Notes under the pieces: generated by a model
Database searches by the model: none
What the model saw: only the letters and a program-made list of their open reading frames with translations
What the model was told of the DNA's origin: nothing
Source: an uncultured Alphaproteobacteria bacterium
GTDB taxonomy: Bacteria > Pseudomonadota > Alphaproteobacteria > HIMB59 > GCA-002718135
Length of the DNA stretch: 64,000 nucleotides
Direction: 5' to 3'
Assembly (NCBI GenBank): GCA_902518985.1
Contig: CABYIF010000002.1
Span: 4,660-68,659, forward strand
Shown here: positions 38,315-48,908 of the stretch, one piece after another
Layout: every line of letters starts with the position of its first letter
How positions within the stretch are numbered: the stretch's first letter is position 1
Translations under genes and position numbers: made by a program

Positions 38315-40077
38315 GTGGAACTTCAAATTTATCTAATTTACAATTAATATTGAAGGATAATAAAATTGATATTCTAATAATTAATAGAAGTGATGAATTT
38401 TTAAATGAATATATTTCACCCTATGCAGAAAGATTAAAATTTGTAACTAATTTTTCAGGCTCAGCAGGTAAAGCCATTATTCTTCAAAATGAAGCATATC
38501 TGTATGTAGATGGTCGTTATACTTTTCAAGCTAAAGAACAGATTAACGAAAATGAAATTAAATCAAAACATTTGAATCTATTTTGGGAAGACCTTAAAAA
38601 TTATATGTCTATAGCAAAACGTAAAATTGCTGTTGACCCTAAATTACATTCAATAAAAGAGATCCAAAAAATTCATAAAAATTTAACAAATACATCGTCA
38701 AAAATTGAATTCTTAGAGTCGAATATTATCGATCTTATATGGAAAAATAAACCCAATATTAAATATTCAAATATATTTGATCATCCCGTAAAGTATGCTG
38801 GTGAGGATAGGGTAATTAAATTAATTAATTTCAAAAAATATTTGAAAACAAAGAATATCGATTATTATTTAACCTCAGGTTTAGATAACATTGCATGGTT
38901 ATTAAATATAAGGGGTGATGATATTTTATATACTCCACTCGTTTACGCATATTTATTAATTTCTCAAAATGAAAAACCATCTTTATATATCAATAAAAAT
39001 AAAATTAATGATCAACTTAAAATTGAAATAGAAAAAAATATTGATATTTATTCAATCAATAATATTAAAAATATTTTTTCTAATATAAAAAAAAATAATA
39101 TTGTAGGATTAGATTTTTCGACTACAAGTTACTATTTTTTAACTCTACTACAAAATAAAAATATTAATTATGTAGATACAGATAATTTTTGTGTTTTATC
39201 TAAAGCTGTCAAAAATAAAATTGAACAAACAGGCGCTTTAAAAGCTAATTTGAGAGATGGAGTTAGTCTAACACGTTTCATCTATTGGTTAAAAAATTTA
39301 ATAGACATCAACTGTACTGATGAAATTATAGCTTCAAATCATCTAGAAAGTTTAAGAGTTAATAATGAATTATTTCACTCATTATCTTTTGATACAATTT
39401 CTGCTTTTGGCAAAAATGCAGCATTACCTCATTACAGAGTAAATAAAGTAAGTAATTCTAAATTTGAAAAAGATGGAATATATTTAGTAGACTCAGGTGC
39501 TCAATATTACGATGGAACAACTGATATTACACGAACAATAATATTAGGAACTCCTAGTGAAGAACAAAAGGATAGATTTACTCGTGTTTTGAAAGGACAC
39601 ATAGCATTGTCTAATCATGTTTTTAAAAAAGGTACAAAAGGAACAGAAATTGATTATTTAGCACGTCAGAGTTTAAATGAAATTGGTTGTGATTACGATC
39701 ATGGAACAGGGCATGGGATAGGCAGCTTTTTAAGTGTGCATGAAGCACCACAGAGAATCGCAAAAAAATCAATGTTTGATAGTATTGAATTAATACCTGG
39801 TATGCTTCTCTCAAATGAACCTGGATATTATAAATTGAACGAATATGGAATTAGGATAGAAAATTTAATTTTAGTTAAAGAAAAATCAAATGATCAACTT
39901 TATTTTGAGAATATATCTTGGTGTCCGATTGACAGAGATTTAATTAAAAAAGATCTTTTAAAACTTGAAGAAATTAATTGGCTTAACAATTATCATTTCA
40001 ATGTGTATCATAAATTAAAAAATTTCGTTAATGATAAAGAAAAAGAGTGGTTAAAAAATGTTACAGAACCTCTGTAA
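38311..40077 (+). CDS. Xaa-Pro aminopeptidase (M24B, three-domain aminopeptidase P type)
   Basis: M24 metal ligands sit in context (VDSGAQY..GTTDITRT, HGTGHGIG, SNEPGYY, IRIEN). A long N-terminal creatinase-like region is present. Confidence 0.85.
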   Translation: MSGTSNLSNLQLILKDNKIDILIINRSDEFLNEYISPYAERLKFVTNFSGSAGKAIILQNEAYLYVDGRYTFQAKEQINENEIKSKHLNLFWEDLKNYMSIAKRKIAVDPKLHSIKEIQKIHKNLTNTSSKIEFLESNIIDLIWKNKPNIKYSNIFDHPVKYAGEDRVIKLINFKKYLKTKNIDYYLTSGLDNIAWLLNIRGDDILYTPLVYAYLLISQNEKPSLYINKNKINDQLKIEIEKNIDIYSINNIKNIFSNIKKNNIVGLDFSTTSYYFLTLLQNKNINYVDTDNFCVLSKAVKNKIEQTGALKANLRDGVSLTRFIYWLKNLIDINCTDEIIASNHLESLRVNNELFHSLSFDTISAFGKNAALPHYRVNKVSNSKFEKDGIYLVDSGAQYYDGTTDITRTIILGTPSEEQKDRFTRVLKGHIALSNHVFKKGTKGTEIDYLARQSLNEIGCDYDHGTGHGIGSFLSVHEAPQRIAKKSMFDSIELIPGMLLSNEPGYYKLNEYGIRIENLILVKEKSNDQLYFENISWCPIDRDLIKKDLLKLEEINWLNNYHFNVYHKLKNFVNDKEKEWLKNVTEPL

Positions 40078-40149
40078 ATTTTTAACTGATTGAGATTTCG
40101 TTTTCTTTCTTATATTTGTATAATAAATTAAAACATAATTTAAATAAAA

Positions 40150-41259
40150 ATGATAGTAATCCTAACTCAGTGTTTTCCATCTAAAATAGGTGGTATAGAA
40201 AATTTAATATTTAATTTAAGCTATTATTTAAGTAAAAATAATAAAGTAATAGTTCTCGCTGATCAACATAACATAATTAAAGATACAATATTTGATAACA
40301 AGTTTAAAAATAATTTTTTAGTAAAACGTTTTGGAGGTATAAAATATTTTAGAAAAAGAAATAAAATTAGAGAACTAGAAAAAATTATTAATTTTAAAGA
40401 GGTTAAAGCAATTATCTGTGATAGTTGGAAAAGCTTGGAAGTTCCTATAAAAAAATTTAAAAATATAAATCTACCATTTATTTGTTTAGTTCATGGTAAT
40501 GAAGTAATAATAAAAAATAATAGACATCACACAAGGATATTAAATTGTTTTAATAATGTTAATAAAATTGTATCCAATTCAGAATTTACAAAAAATTTAG
40601 TTAAAAAAATTAATCCTGAGCTAAAAAATATCATAGTTATAAATCCAGGAGTTTCAAATTTCGATGAGATAATAGAGGAGGAAGTAAAATTAATTGATGG
40701 TAAACCCACTTTACTAACTCTCGCAAGGCTTGAGAAAAGAAAAGGTCACGAACATATTTTAAAAGCTATAGTTAAATTGAAAAAAAAATATCATAATATT
40801 CGTTACATAATTGCTGGAGAAGGCAAAGAAAGAAGCTATCTTGAATCTTTGGCATGTTCATTAAATATTTCTGAAAATGTAATGTTTATTGGTTCAATCA
40901 ATGATGGGCAAAAAAAATTTATATTAAAAAAAACTAACTTAATGATTATGCCCACACTAGATGAGTCAAAAAAATCATCTATTGAGGGATTTGGTATTAC
41001 ATATATTGAGGCAGCTTTGTTTGGTATTCCATCAATTGCTTCAAATGTAGGTGGTACAAAAGAAGCTGTATTGCATAATGAAACTGGAATTATAATAGAT
41101 AACTTAGATAAACTTGAAATTGCTATTGTAGATTTAATAGAAGATAATATTAAAATGAAAAAATTAGGAGAAAAAGCAAAAGAAAGAGCAGAAATCCAAT
41201 TGTCTTGGACTAATATAATCAAAGATTACAATAAGCTTATTGATGAGGTAAATTTATAA
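40150..41259 (+). CDS. glycosyltransferase family 4
   Basis: The N-terminus has PSKIGGIEN and the C-terminal half has EGFGITYIEAALFGIPSIAS (E-x7-E). Confidence 0.75.
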   Translation: MIVILTQCFPSKIGGIENLIFNLSYYLSKNNKVIVLADQHNIIKDTIFDNKFKNNFLVKRFGGIKYFRKRNKIRELEKIINFKEVKAIICDSWKSLEVPIKKFKNINLPFICLVHGNEVIIKNNRHHTRILNCFNNVNKIVSNSEFTKNLVKKINPELKNIIVINPGVSNFDEIIEEEVKLIDGKPTLLTLARLEKRKGHEHILKAIVKLKKKYHNIRYIIAGEGKERSYLESLACSLNISENVMFIGSINDGQKKFILKKTNLMIMPTLDESKKSSIEGFGITYIEAALFGIPSIASNVGGTKEAVLHNETGIIIDNLDKLEIAIVDLIEDNIKMKKLGEKAKERAEIQLSWTNIIKDYNKLIDEVNL

Positions 41260-42188
41260 TGTCTATTTTTTTTTATTGTAATTTTAAGAATAAAAAACAA
41301 TGGTTAAATTCTATTAATAAGAAATTTCCAAAACATAAAGTTTTTACAATTAAAGATAAACCAGACTTTTCAAAAATTAAGTACGCTATTGTTTGGAACC
41401 TTCCAGATACTATTATGAAAAAACTAAAAAATGTAAAAATATTTTTTTCTTTAGGAGCTGGCGTTGACCATATAATTAATTTGCCAAGTTATAATAAAAC
41501 ACCAATTGTTAGAGTTAAAGATATTAATATGGCTGAGAGAATGTCTTACCATGTTCATTCACAGATATTAACATATCAATTAAAACTTTATTTATTTCAA
41601 AAAGCTCAAATACAAAAAAAATGGCTAGGTGAACAAAACACTAAACTAAATAAAGATATTACAATTGGTATAGTTGGATTGGGTTTTCTCGGTAATTATG
41701 TTGCTGATTACCTTTATAATTTAAATTATTCAGTACTTGGTCTTAAAAGAGAAATTAGACAAAAAGAATCAAAAATTAAAATTTTTACAGAGAAAAATTT
41801 AAATAAATTTCTCAATTTAAGCGATATTGTTGTTTCTATCTTGCCTGACACCAAAAAAACTAAAAACTTAATAAATAAAAAATTTTTAAATTTAATGAAA
41901 AAAAATTCTTTTCTTATAAATATTGGAAGAGGGAGTACACTAAATGAGCATGATCTATTATTACATTTAAATAAAAATAAAAACTTTTTTGTATCATTAG
42001 ATGTTTTTAAAACTGAGCCATTGCCAAAAAATAATAAATTTTGGACACAAAAAAATGTTATAATTACTCCACATGCCGCAGCATTAACGGATATAGACTC
42101 ATCAATTGATTTAATGGTTAATAGATTTAAACATTTCAAAAAAACTGGAAAGATTAAATCTGATGTAAATTTAATCAAAGGGTATTAG
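41259..42188 (+). CDS. D-isomer-specific 2-hydroxyacid dehydrogenase (glyoxylate/hydroxypyruvate reductase A-like)
   Basis: It has the NAD motif GIVGLGFLG, NIGRGS..., D..E and TPHAAA. The start overlaps the GT4 stop (TAATG). Confidence 0.75.
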   Translation: MSIFFYCNFKNKKQWLNSINKKFPKHKVFTIKDKPDFSKIKYAIVWNLPDTIMKKLKNVKIFFSLGAGVDHIINLPSYNKTPIVRVKDINMAERMSYHVHSQILTYQLKLYLFQKAQIQKKWLGEQNTKLNKDITIGIVGLGFLGNYVADYLYNLNYSVLGLKREIRQKESKIKIFTEKNLNKFLNLSDIVVSILPDTKKTKNLINKKFLNLMKKNSFLINIGRGSTLNEHDLLLHLNKNKNFFVSLDVFKTEPLPKNNKFWTQKNVIITPHAAALTDIDSSIDLMVNRFKHFKKTGKIKSDVNLIKGY

Positions 42189-42208
42189 TTTTTTTTAAAA
42201 AATTTAAA

Positions 42209-43381
42209 TTAATTAAAATAATTATCTAAAATTTGAAAGTATATTTTTTCAAGTTCAATTATATCTTTAATATTAACAAATTCGTCTACTTTATGCAGAG
42301 ATTGATTTATAATTCCAAGTTCTACAACTTCGCAATAATTTTTAATATATCTAGCATCTGATGTGCCTCCATCAGTTGCATGTTCAGGATTACTATTTCT
42401 TCCAGTAACTTCAGATACGGATTTTGCGATTAAATCACACATATAACCTGGCTTATTTAAAAATGACTCTGCGGTGGAATCGTATGTAAATTGACAACTG
42501 GCATTTTTAACGTCTATGAAATTTTTTTTTATTTTTTCTTCAATCCATTTCACCAAACTGTCTGATGAATGCATATCATTAAATCTAATATTTACAGTTG
42601 CTCTAGCTAGTTCAGGAATAATATTTTGAACGGGATTTCCAACATCAAATGTAGCTATTTGTGTTGATGATGGTAAAAAATTTTCATTACCTCCATCAAG
42701 AGGTTCTTCAAGAATATTATTTAATAATTTGATTAAGTGGTGAGATGCATTTTCTGCAAGATGTGCATTTGCAGTATGTCCTTGTATACCTTTTACTTCT
42801 AGGTAGAAACTGATTGCGCCTCTTCTACCAATTTTAATTTTATCTCCAATTTCTTTATTTGAAGTAGGTTCACCAACTAGGCAATGATCAAATTTATATT
42901 TATTTTTTGTTGCCCATTCTAAAATTTTTGGAGTACCATTTACTGAATCTCTCTCTTCATCTCCAGTTATAATAAAAGATAATTTTCCAGGGATTTTTTT
43001 ATATTTCTCAATAAATCTTTTTGTTGCACTAATAAAACATGCAACACTACTTTTCATGTCCTCGCTTCCTCTTCCATAAAGTTTATCACCTTCTATTGTT
43101 GCTGAGAAAGGTGGAAATTTCCATGATTCCTCATTTCCTACTGGAACGACATCTGTGTGCCCGGCATAAGCAAAATGCTTCCCTTTATCTCCAATTGTAG
43201 CAAACAAATTATTTACTTCGTATGAATTACTTCCAGAAAATTTTAACAAGTGACAATCAAAACCTAGTTCGCTCAAATGTTTTTTAACTACTTCTAGAGC
43301 TCCATTATCTTTTGGAGTAACGCTTGCACATTTAACTAAAGATTGAGTAAGTGTTATTGGATCAAAATTTGTATGTGACAT
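42209..43381 (-). CDS. dapE: succinyl-diaminopimelate desuccinylase
   Basis: M20 peptidase motifs (GHTDVVP, GRGSEDMK, TGDEE) are present, and it is adjacent to dapD. Confidence 0.9.
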   Translation of the reverse strand: MSHTNFDPITLTQSLVKCASVTPKDNGALEVVKKHLSELGFDCHLLKFSGSNSYEVNNLFATIGDKGKHFAYAGHTDVVPVGNEESWKFPPFSATIEGDKLYGRGSEDMKSSVACFISATKRFIEKYKKIPGKLSFIITGDEERDSVNGTPKILEWATKNKYKFDHCLVGEPTSNKEIGDKIKIGRRGAISFYLEVKGIQGHTANAHLAENASHHLIKLLNNILEEPLDGGNENFLPSSTQIATFDVGNPVQNIIPELARATVNIRFNDMHSSDSLVKWIEEKIKKNFIDVKNASCQFTYDSTAESFLNKPGYMCDLIAKSVSEVTGRNSNPEHATDGGTSDARYIKNYCEVVELGIINQSLHKVDEFVNIKDIIELEKIYFQILDNYFN

Positions 43382-44208
43382 TAATCTCTTAACAAATCAT
43401 TAATTGAAGTTTTACTCCGAGTTTTTTCATCAACTTTTTTTACTATTACTACACAGTATAGAGAAGGGTTTAAACTTTGATCACTTTGTTTACCTGGAAG
43501 TGTACCTGGGACAATTACTGAATAAGGAGGAACTCTTCCCATGTGAATTTCACCTGTTTCACGATCAATTATTTTTGTTGAAGCCCCAATAAATACTCCC
43601 ATTGATAGCACTGCACCTTCCCCAATAATAACACCTTCGGCCACTTCACTTCTTGCACCAACAAAACAATTATCTTCAATGATTACCGGATTAGCCTGTA
43701 AAGGCTCAAGAACTCCACCTATACCTGCACCACCAGATATATGACAGTTTTTCCCAATCTGTGCACAGGACCCAACTGTTGCCCATGTATCAATCATTGT
43801 TCCTTCATCAACATAGGCTCCTAAATTTACAAAAGAAGGCATCAATATAACTCCTTTTGCGATAAAGGCAGACTTTCTTACAACAGCATCAGGTACATAT
43901 CTAAAACCAGCTTTTAGATGATCATCTTTAGTCCAATTAGCAGTTTTACTCTCAACTTTATCAAACCAAGTGGCGTGAGATGCTTTAACAATATCATTAT
44001 CATTTAGTCTAAAACTTAATAAAATTGCTTTTTTAATCCATTGATTCACAATCCAGTCATTATTTATTTTTTCACAAACTCTAATAACACCATTATCTAA
44101 TTTATTTAGTGTTTCATTGACTGCATCTCGTATTTCACCATTAGTGTTTACATTAACATTTTTTCTGTCATCAAAAGCATTATTAATTATATTTTCTAAA
44201 TCACTCAT
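43381..44208 (-). CDS. dapD: 2,3,4,5-tetrahydropyridine-2,6-dicarboxylate N-succinyltransferase
   Basis: It has hexapeptide-repeat LbH sequence with the DapD N-terminal domain. The stop overlaps the dapE start. Confidence 0.9.
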   Translation of the reverse strand: MSDLENIINNAFDDRKNVNVNTNGEIRDAVNETLNKLDNGVIRVCEKINNDWIVNQWIKKAILLSFRLNDNDIVKASHATWFDKVESKTANWTKDDHLKAGFRYVPDAVVRKSAFIAKGVILMPSFVNLGAYVDEGTMIDTWATVGSCAQIGKNCHISGGAGIGGVLEPLQANPVIIEDNCFVGARSEVAEGVIIGEGAVLSMGVFIGASTKIIDRETGEIHMGRVPPYSVIVPGTLPGKQSDQSLNPSLYCVVIVKKVDEKTRSKTSINDLLRD

Positions 44209-44879
44209 AATTTTCCTTCATTTACATCTTTTAAAAATAAACTCAAATCTCTTGTTTGAAAATCAAGGTATTCTTTTGAAGCTTCTACATCATCACTAAA
44301 ATTTTCATAACCAGCATCTATCCAAACTGAGGTAAAGTTAACTTTTTTAGCCGGAACAAGATTTTTTGCAATATCATCAAACATAGCTGAAGTACCCGGA
44401 TTAATATTAAACAAATCAATTATTTGTTCATATGGTTTTAGTTCAGGTTTAGGAATATAGTTAGCCATTTTAATATCAAATATTTCATCAAAAAAATCAG
44501 TTAGATCAATTCTATCTAAAACATCTATTACGTGTTTTTTATTTGCATTTGTGTAAATAATTTTTCGTCCCTCAAGTTTTTGTAATTCTTGATTCAACAT
44601 TTTATTAGAGTCAACTATTGAGTAATCTAATCGATGAACCTCATCTAGGAAATGATCAGGATCAATCCCATGATTATCCATCAAACCTCTCAAGGTTGTT
44701 CCATGTTGCTTATAATACTTAGTTTGTAATTTTTTTGCTTCCGTCATATCCATATTTAAATTATTAGAAATAAATTCTCCCATTAATTTATGGACTTGTT
44801 GGAAAATTCCACTGTCTGCGGAATACAAAGTATTATCTAAGTCAAAAATCCATGTATTTATTTTTTCTCTAAGTTTCAT
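44205..44879 (-). CDS. HAD-superfamily pyrimidine 5'-nucleotidase-like hydrolase
   Basis: HAD motif I is [10 protein letters not shown], and the C-terminal FDD motif is present. Its position next to dapD is conserved in alphaproteobacteria. Confidence 0.7.
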   Translation of the reverse strand: MKLREKINTWIFDLDNTLYSADSGIFQQVHKLMGEFISNNLNMDMTEAKKLQTKYYKQHGTTLRGLMDNHGIDPDHFLDEVHRLDYSIVDSNKMLNQELQKLEGRKIIYTNANKKHVIDVLDRIDLTDFFDEIFDIKMANYIPKPELKPYEQIIDLFNINPGTSAMFDDIAKNLVPAKKVNFTSVWIDAGYENFSDDVEASKEYLDFQTRDLSLFLKDVNEGKL

Positions 44880-45794
44880 TTAATAAGATACTAATTGTGT
44901 CCCAATACCATGTTCGGTGAATAATTCCAATATAACTGAGTGAGGAATTCTACCATCAAGTATTGTTGATTTTTGTACACCTTGCTCCATTGCCTCTATA
45001 CAAGTTTTTATTTTTGGCTTCATTCCTCCTGAAATAAAATTTTCTGAAATTATTTTTTTTGCTTCTGTTAAACTTAAGGATGATATGAGTTTTTTTTCAT
45101 TATCTAAAATTCCTGAAACATCTGTAAGTAACAATAATTTACTTGCTTTAAGTTTACCCGCAATAAATCCAGCAACTGTATCGGCATTGATATTGTAAAT
45201 AAATTTTTTATCATCAACTCCAAGTGGAGCAATTACAGGAATTTCACCATTATTAATATGATTTAAAATAATTTTATCATTCAAATTAATTGGCTTACCA
45301 ACAAATCCTATATCAACAATTTTCTCAATATTAGAGTCAGAGTCTTTTAGTTCAACATTTAGTTTTGTTGCACTTATTAAATTATCAACGTTACCAGAGA
45401 TTCCAACAGCTTTTCCTCCAGTAGAAGAGATTGAGTTAACTATTTCAGAATTAATATCTTTTGACAATACTTCTTCAACCACTTTGATTGTTTCAGTATC
45501 AGTTACTCGCAATCCTTCCACAAATTCTGAGGAAATATTTTTTCTCTTTAATCTTTCACCTATTTGAGGGCCGCCTCCGTGAACAATAACAGGTGAAATA
45601 CCAATTTCTTTAAGAAGGCCTATGTCTTTTGCAAAACTAGAAGACAGTTTTTTATCTCCCATTGCATGTCCTCCATATTTTATAACGATTATATCGCCAC
45701 TATGCTGACGTATATATGGAAGCGCTTCTACAAGCGTTGATGCCTTATGTATGAAATAAGCCTGGTCACTCTCAGATAAGAAATCAAATTTCAT
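44880..45794 (-). CDS. argB: acetylglutamate kinase
   Basis: IVIKYGGHAM, VHGGGPQI and NINADT motifs are present. Confidence 0.9.
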   Translation of the reverse strand: MKFDFLSESDQAYFIHKASTLVEALPYIRQHSGDIIVIKYGGHAMGDKKLSSSFAKDIGLLKEIGISPVIVHGGGPQIGERLKRKNISSEFVEGLRVTDTETIKVVEEVLSKDINSEIVNSISSTGGKAVGISGNVDNLISATKLNVELKDSDSNIEKIVDIGFVGKPINLNDKIILNHINNGEIPVIAPLGVDDKKFIYNINADTVAGFIAGKLKASKLLLLTDVSGILDNEKKLISSLSLTEAKKIISENFISGGMKPKIKTCIEAMEQGVQKSTILDGRIPHSVILELFTEHGIGTQLVSY

Positions 45795-45799
45795 TTTAT

Positions 45800-46417
45800 T
45801 TATGATAACCCGTATATTGTTTTTTGTATTTCATTAATACCTTTATTTTTTTTTGTTTCAGACAAATAAATATCTTGAAATGTTTTTCTATAATTTTTCA
45901 TAAGACTTAATATAGATTTTTTTTGAAAGCTTGTATGGTTGTAGGATATTTTATCTATTTTTGTTAAAACTATTGAGAATTTTTTTGAACAATTATTTAA
46001 AAAATCTAACATGTCTATATCAGAATTTTTAATACCAACCTTAGCATCAATTAACAAAAATACATGACTTAATTTATCCCTATTCTCAATATAATCTTCA
46101 ATTAAAATTATTAGTTTTTCTCTCATTACTTTTGAAACTTTTGCAAAACCATACCCAGGTAAATCAATAATATTTATTTTATTATTAATTTCAAAAACAT
46201 TTATAGATTGTGTTCTTCCAGGTGTTTTACTTGTTTTTGCAAGTTTTTTTGTTTTGGTAATAGCATTCAATAAACTTGATTTTCCAACATTAGATCTTCC
46301 GATAAAACAGCATTCTTTATCAATTTTTGAATAAGGTATGTCTAGGTATGAACTAAAAGATCCTAAAAACTTATTAGTATTAAAAAAATTATTGAAGTTT
46401 TTATTTTTATTAGCCAT
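45800..46417 (-). CDS. engB: ribosome biogenesis GTP-binding protein EngB/YsxC
   Basis: G1 GRSNVGKSS, G3 DLPGYG and G4 TKIDK motifs are present. Confidence 0.85.
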   Translation of the reverse strand: MANKNKNFNNFFNTNKFLGSFSSYLDIPYSKIDKECCFIGRSNVGKSSLLNAITKTKKLAKTSKTPGRTQSINVFEINNKINIIDLPGYGFAKVSKVMREKLIILIEDYIENRDKLSHVFLLIDAKVGIKNSDIDMLDFLNNCSKKFSIVLTKIDKISYNHTSFQKKSILSLMKNYRKTFQDIYLSETKKNKGINEIQKTIYGLS

Positions 46418-48137
46418 TTTTGGCTAGGATTCTTCTTTGTATGAACCATTGTTGAGCTATAGATAAAATATTATTAACAGACCAATATAAAACAAGACCC
46501 GCGGCGAAACCTGCTAATACAAAAGTGAACACAAACGGTAACAAAGCAAAAATCCTTGCTTGCGTTGGGTCTGCTGGTGCAGGATTTAATTTTTGTTGTA
46601 ACCACATTGTAAAACCCATAAAAATTGGCAAAATGCCTATGTCAATTATTGATAATAGCGGTGGAACATTCCATTGAATTAATCCAAATAATGTCATTAA
46701 GCCAAGAGGATCTGGAGCTGAAAGATCATGGATCCAACCATAAAATGGAGCATGATACATTTCAATTGTTACAAACAAGACTTTATAAAGTGAAAAGAAA
46801 ATTGGTATTTGAACTAGTATAGGTAAACAGCCTGCAACTGGATTAGCACCTTCCCTTTTATATAAAGCCATCAGTTCTTGCTGCATCTTTTGTCTATCAT
46901 TAGGATATGTCTCTTTAAGTCTTTGCATATCTGGCTGCAATTTTTTCATTTTAGCCATAGATTTGAATGAGGCTTGTGCTAATGGAAAGAGTATTAGTCG
47001 CATTAAAATTGTAAATGCAATGATTGCTAGACCAAAATTACCTGAATAGCCATAAAACCAATTAATCGCATATGAAACCGGTTTTGTTAAGAAGCTAAAC
47101 CAACCCCAATCAATTGCATCAGTAAACCTTGGTATAGATAATTTTTCATCATATGTACTTAATACGTCTAGTTTTTTTGCACCAACAAATAACTTTCCTC
47201 CATAACTGAGATTATCATTTGGCAAAATGTTATAAATTTGACCAACATATCCCGCTCTATAACTATCTCGTCCATTATTACCATGACGATAATTAACATT
47301 AATTGATTGATCTGGTTCTGGAATTAATGCTGACATCCAATACTTATCAGTGAAACCTAACCAACCTCCTTTTGATTTATTATCACAAAAAGATTTTTTG
47401 GTTTGTAATGAGGAAGTACAATCTTCAGCTATGTCATCATATTTTTTTTCTAAAAGCTCATCATTTAATAAGCTAATTAATCCTTCATGTAGAATAAAAA
47501 AATTTATTGTATCTGGAGTATTAATTCTTTTTATTAATCGATAAGGAAAAACTTCAACTGAATTTTGACTATTGTTAATGATTTCTTGAGTAATTGAAAA
47601 CATATACTCTTCATCAATTGAATACTTAACTTTAAAAATTATATTTTGATTGTTTGTCCATGTCAAAGTAACTGGGTTTGATGGAGTTAAATTTAAACTA
47701 TCACTTTTCCATTGTGTTTCTATATTTGGTAAATCAATATTTGTATTTTTTAATTCTTTCCAACCAGTTTCGATATAGTAAGGGTTTGTCGTCCCATCTG
47801 GTAATAATAAATGAATATTATCCGACTCTGGATTAAGGCTAGTTTTATATTTTGATAAAATAAGATCATCAATTATCGCCCCTTTTAAATTAATTGAACC
47901 TGTAAGAGATGAATTTTTAAATGAAACCCTTTTAGTTTTATTTATGACATCCTCTCTTGGTTGTATTTCTTCAACCAATTTATTTGATTGTTCATCAATT
48001 GAACTAGCGGGCTCTAATATTTCATTTTCCTCAAGTGGAGGAGATTGAATTGGTTGTGTAGGTAATAGTATTTGAAAAAAAATAATTATTGCTATTGAAA
48101 TACCAATTGCCAAATATAAATTTTTTTGTTCGTTCAT
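46410..48137 (-). CDS. yidC: membrane protein insertase YidC
   Basis: It has a large periplasmic domain plus the conserved C-terminal 5-TM core (NPVAGCLPILVQIPIFFSLY). Confidence 0.9.
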   Translation of the reverse strand: MNEQKNLYLAIGISIAIIIFFQILLPTQPIQSPPLEENEILEPASSIDEQSNKLVEEIQPREDVINKTKRVSFKNSSLTGSINLKGAIIDDLILSKYKTSLNPESDNIHLLLPDGTTNPYYIETGWKELKNTNIDLPNIETQWKSDSLNLTPSNPVTLTWTNNQNIIFKVKYSIDEEYMFSITQEIINNSQNSVEVFPYRLIKRINTPDTINFFILHEGLISLLNDELLEKKYDDIAEDCTSSLQTKKSFCDNKSKGGWLGFTDKYWMSALIPEPDQSINVNYRHGNNGRDSYRAGYVGQIYNILPNDNLSYGGKLFVGAKKLDVLSTYDEKLSIPRFTDAIDWGWFSFLTKPVSYAINWFYGYSGNFGLAIIAFTILMRLILFPLAQASFKSMAKMKKLQPDMQRLKETYPNDRQKMQQELMALYKREGANPVAGCLPILVQIPIFFSLYKVLFVTIEMYHAPFYGWIHDLSAPDPLGLMTLFGLIQWNVPPLLSIIDIGILPIFMGFTMWLQQKLNPAPADPTQARIFALLPFVFTFVLAGFAAGLVLYWSVNNILSIAQQWFIQRRILAKNG

Positions 48138-48379
48138 TATTTTTTTTCTAATTTATTAGGAACAGGATCATATCCATGATCTCCCCATGGATGACATTTT
48201 GATATTCTTTTAATTGATATGAAAATTCCTTTAACTATTCCAAATTTTTTTAAGCTTTCAATACTATACTCCGAGCAAGTAGGTAGGTATCTACAATTTT
48301 GGCCTAGTATTGGTGACATAAAAAATTGATAGATTTTAATACAAGAAATTAGCATGTATATAATAATTCTTTTAATCAT
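48137..48379 (-). CDS. yidD: membrane protein insertion efficiency factor YidD
   Basis: The CRYLPTCSEY and CHPWG..GYDPVP motifs are present. Confidence 0.85.
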   Translation of the reverse strand: MIKRIIIYMLISCIKIYQFFMSPILGQNCRYLPTCSEYSIESLKKFGIVKGIFISIKRISKCHPWGDHGYDPVPNKLEKK

Positions 48380-48701
48380 TTAGTTTTTCTTTAAGCTCAG
48401 CAAGTAAATTGTTAAACTTTTCATCTAGTAATGAAGATTTAGCTATTAACACATAATATGAATTAATTTTACCATTAATAATTATTTTTCGAGCTAATTC
48501 CCTCATTATTCTTTTTGCTTTATTTCTCTTAACTGCATTTCCAATTTTTTTTGTAGCTGTGTAACCCACACCTATAGATTTTTCTAGGTTTTGATTATGT
48601 AAAATTTGTAAATTTATATTTTTTCCTTTTATAAAATGTCCTTCATTTCGCACCATAACGAATGTTGATCTGTTCTTAATTGTAAATAGTTTATGGGCCA
48701 T
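48372..48701 (-). CDS. rnpA: ribonuclease P protein component
   Basis: The protein is basic and 109 aa long with the RNR-like motif (GNAVKRNKAKRIMRE). It lies immediately downstream of rpmH. Confidence 0.85.
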   Translation of the reverse strand: MAHKLFTIKNRSTFVMVRNEGHFIKGKNINLQILHNQNLEKSIGVGYTATKKIGNAVKRNKAKRIMRELARKIIINGKINSYYVLIAKSSLLDEKFNNLLAELKEKLND

Positions 48702-48710
48702 ATGGCCTTT

Positions 48711-48845
48711 TTAAGCGCTTAGTTGAGCTCTTCCTTTTGCACGACGTCTATTAATAATTTGACGACCAGCTTTAGTAGCCATTCTGGCCCTAAAACCGTG
48801 TCTTCTTTTTCTTATTATTCTACTTGGTTGGTATGTACGTTTCAT
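48711..48845 (-). CDS. rpmH: 50S ribosomal protein L34 (absent from the supplied ORF track because it is under 60 aa)
   Basis: Manual translation of the minus strand gives [44 protein letters not shown], which is canonical L34. Its stop lies 9 nt before the rnpA start. Confidence 0.92.
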   Translation of the reverse strand: MKRTYQPSRIIRKRRHGFRARMATKAGRQIINRRRAKGRAQLSA

Positions 48846-48908
48846 ATTAATTACTTGGGCCTAATACGAATTCATCATATATAAGTCAATTATTTACTTA
48901 AAATTTTA

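Noticed and set aside
40836-42178. Long antisense ORFs (128 aa at 40836..41222 and 150 aa at 41726..42178) inside the GT4 and 2-hydroxyacid dehydrogenase genes.
   Set aside because: Their products are Phe/Leu/Ile/Lys/Ser low-complexity strings with no motifs. They arise as complements of Lys/Asn/Glu-rich sense codons, and the sense genes have clear family signatures.
48846-48908. The rpmH-panC spacer as a possible replication origin, because rpmH neighbours dnaA/oriC in many bacteria.
   Set aside because: It is only 63 nt long. I could find no DnaA-box-like TTATCCACA motifs, and there is no dnaA nearby.
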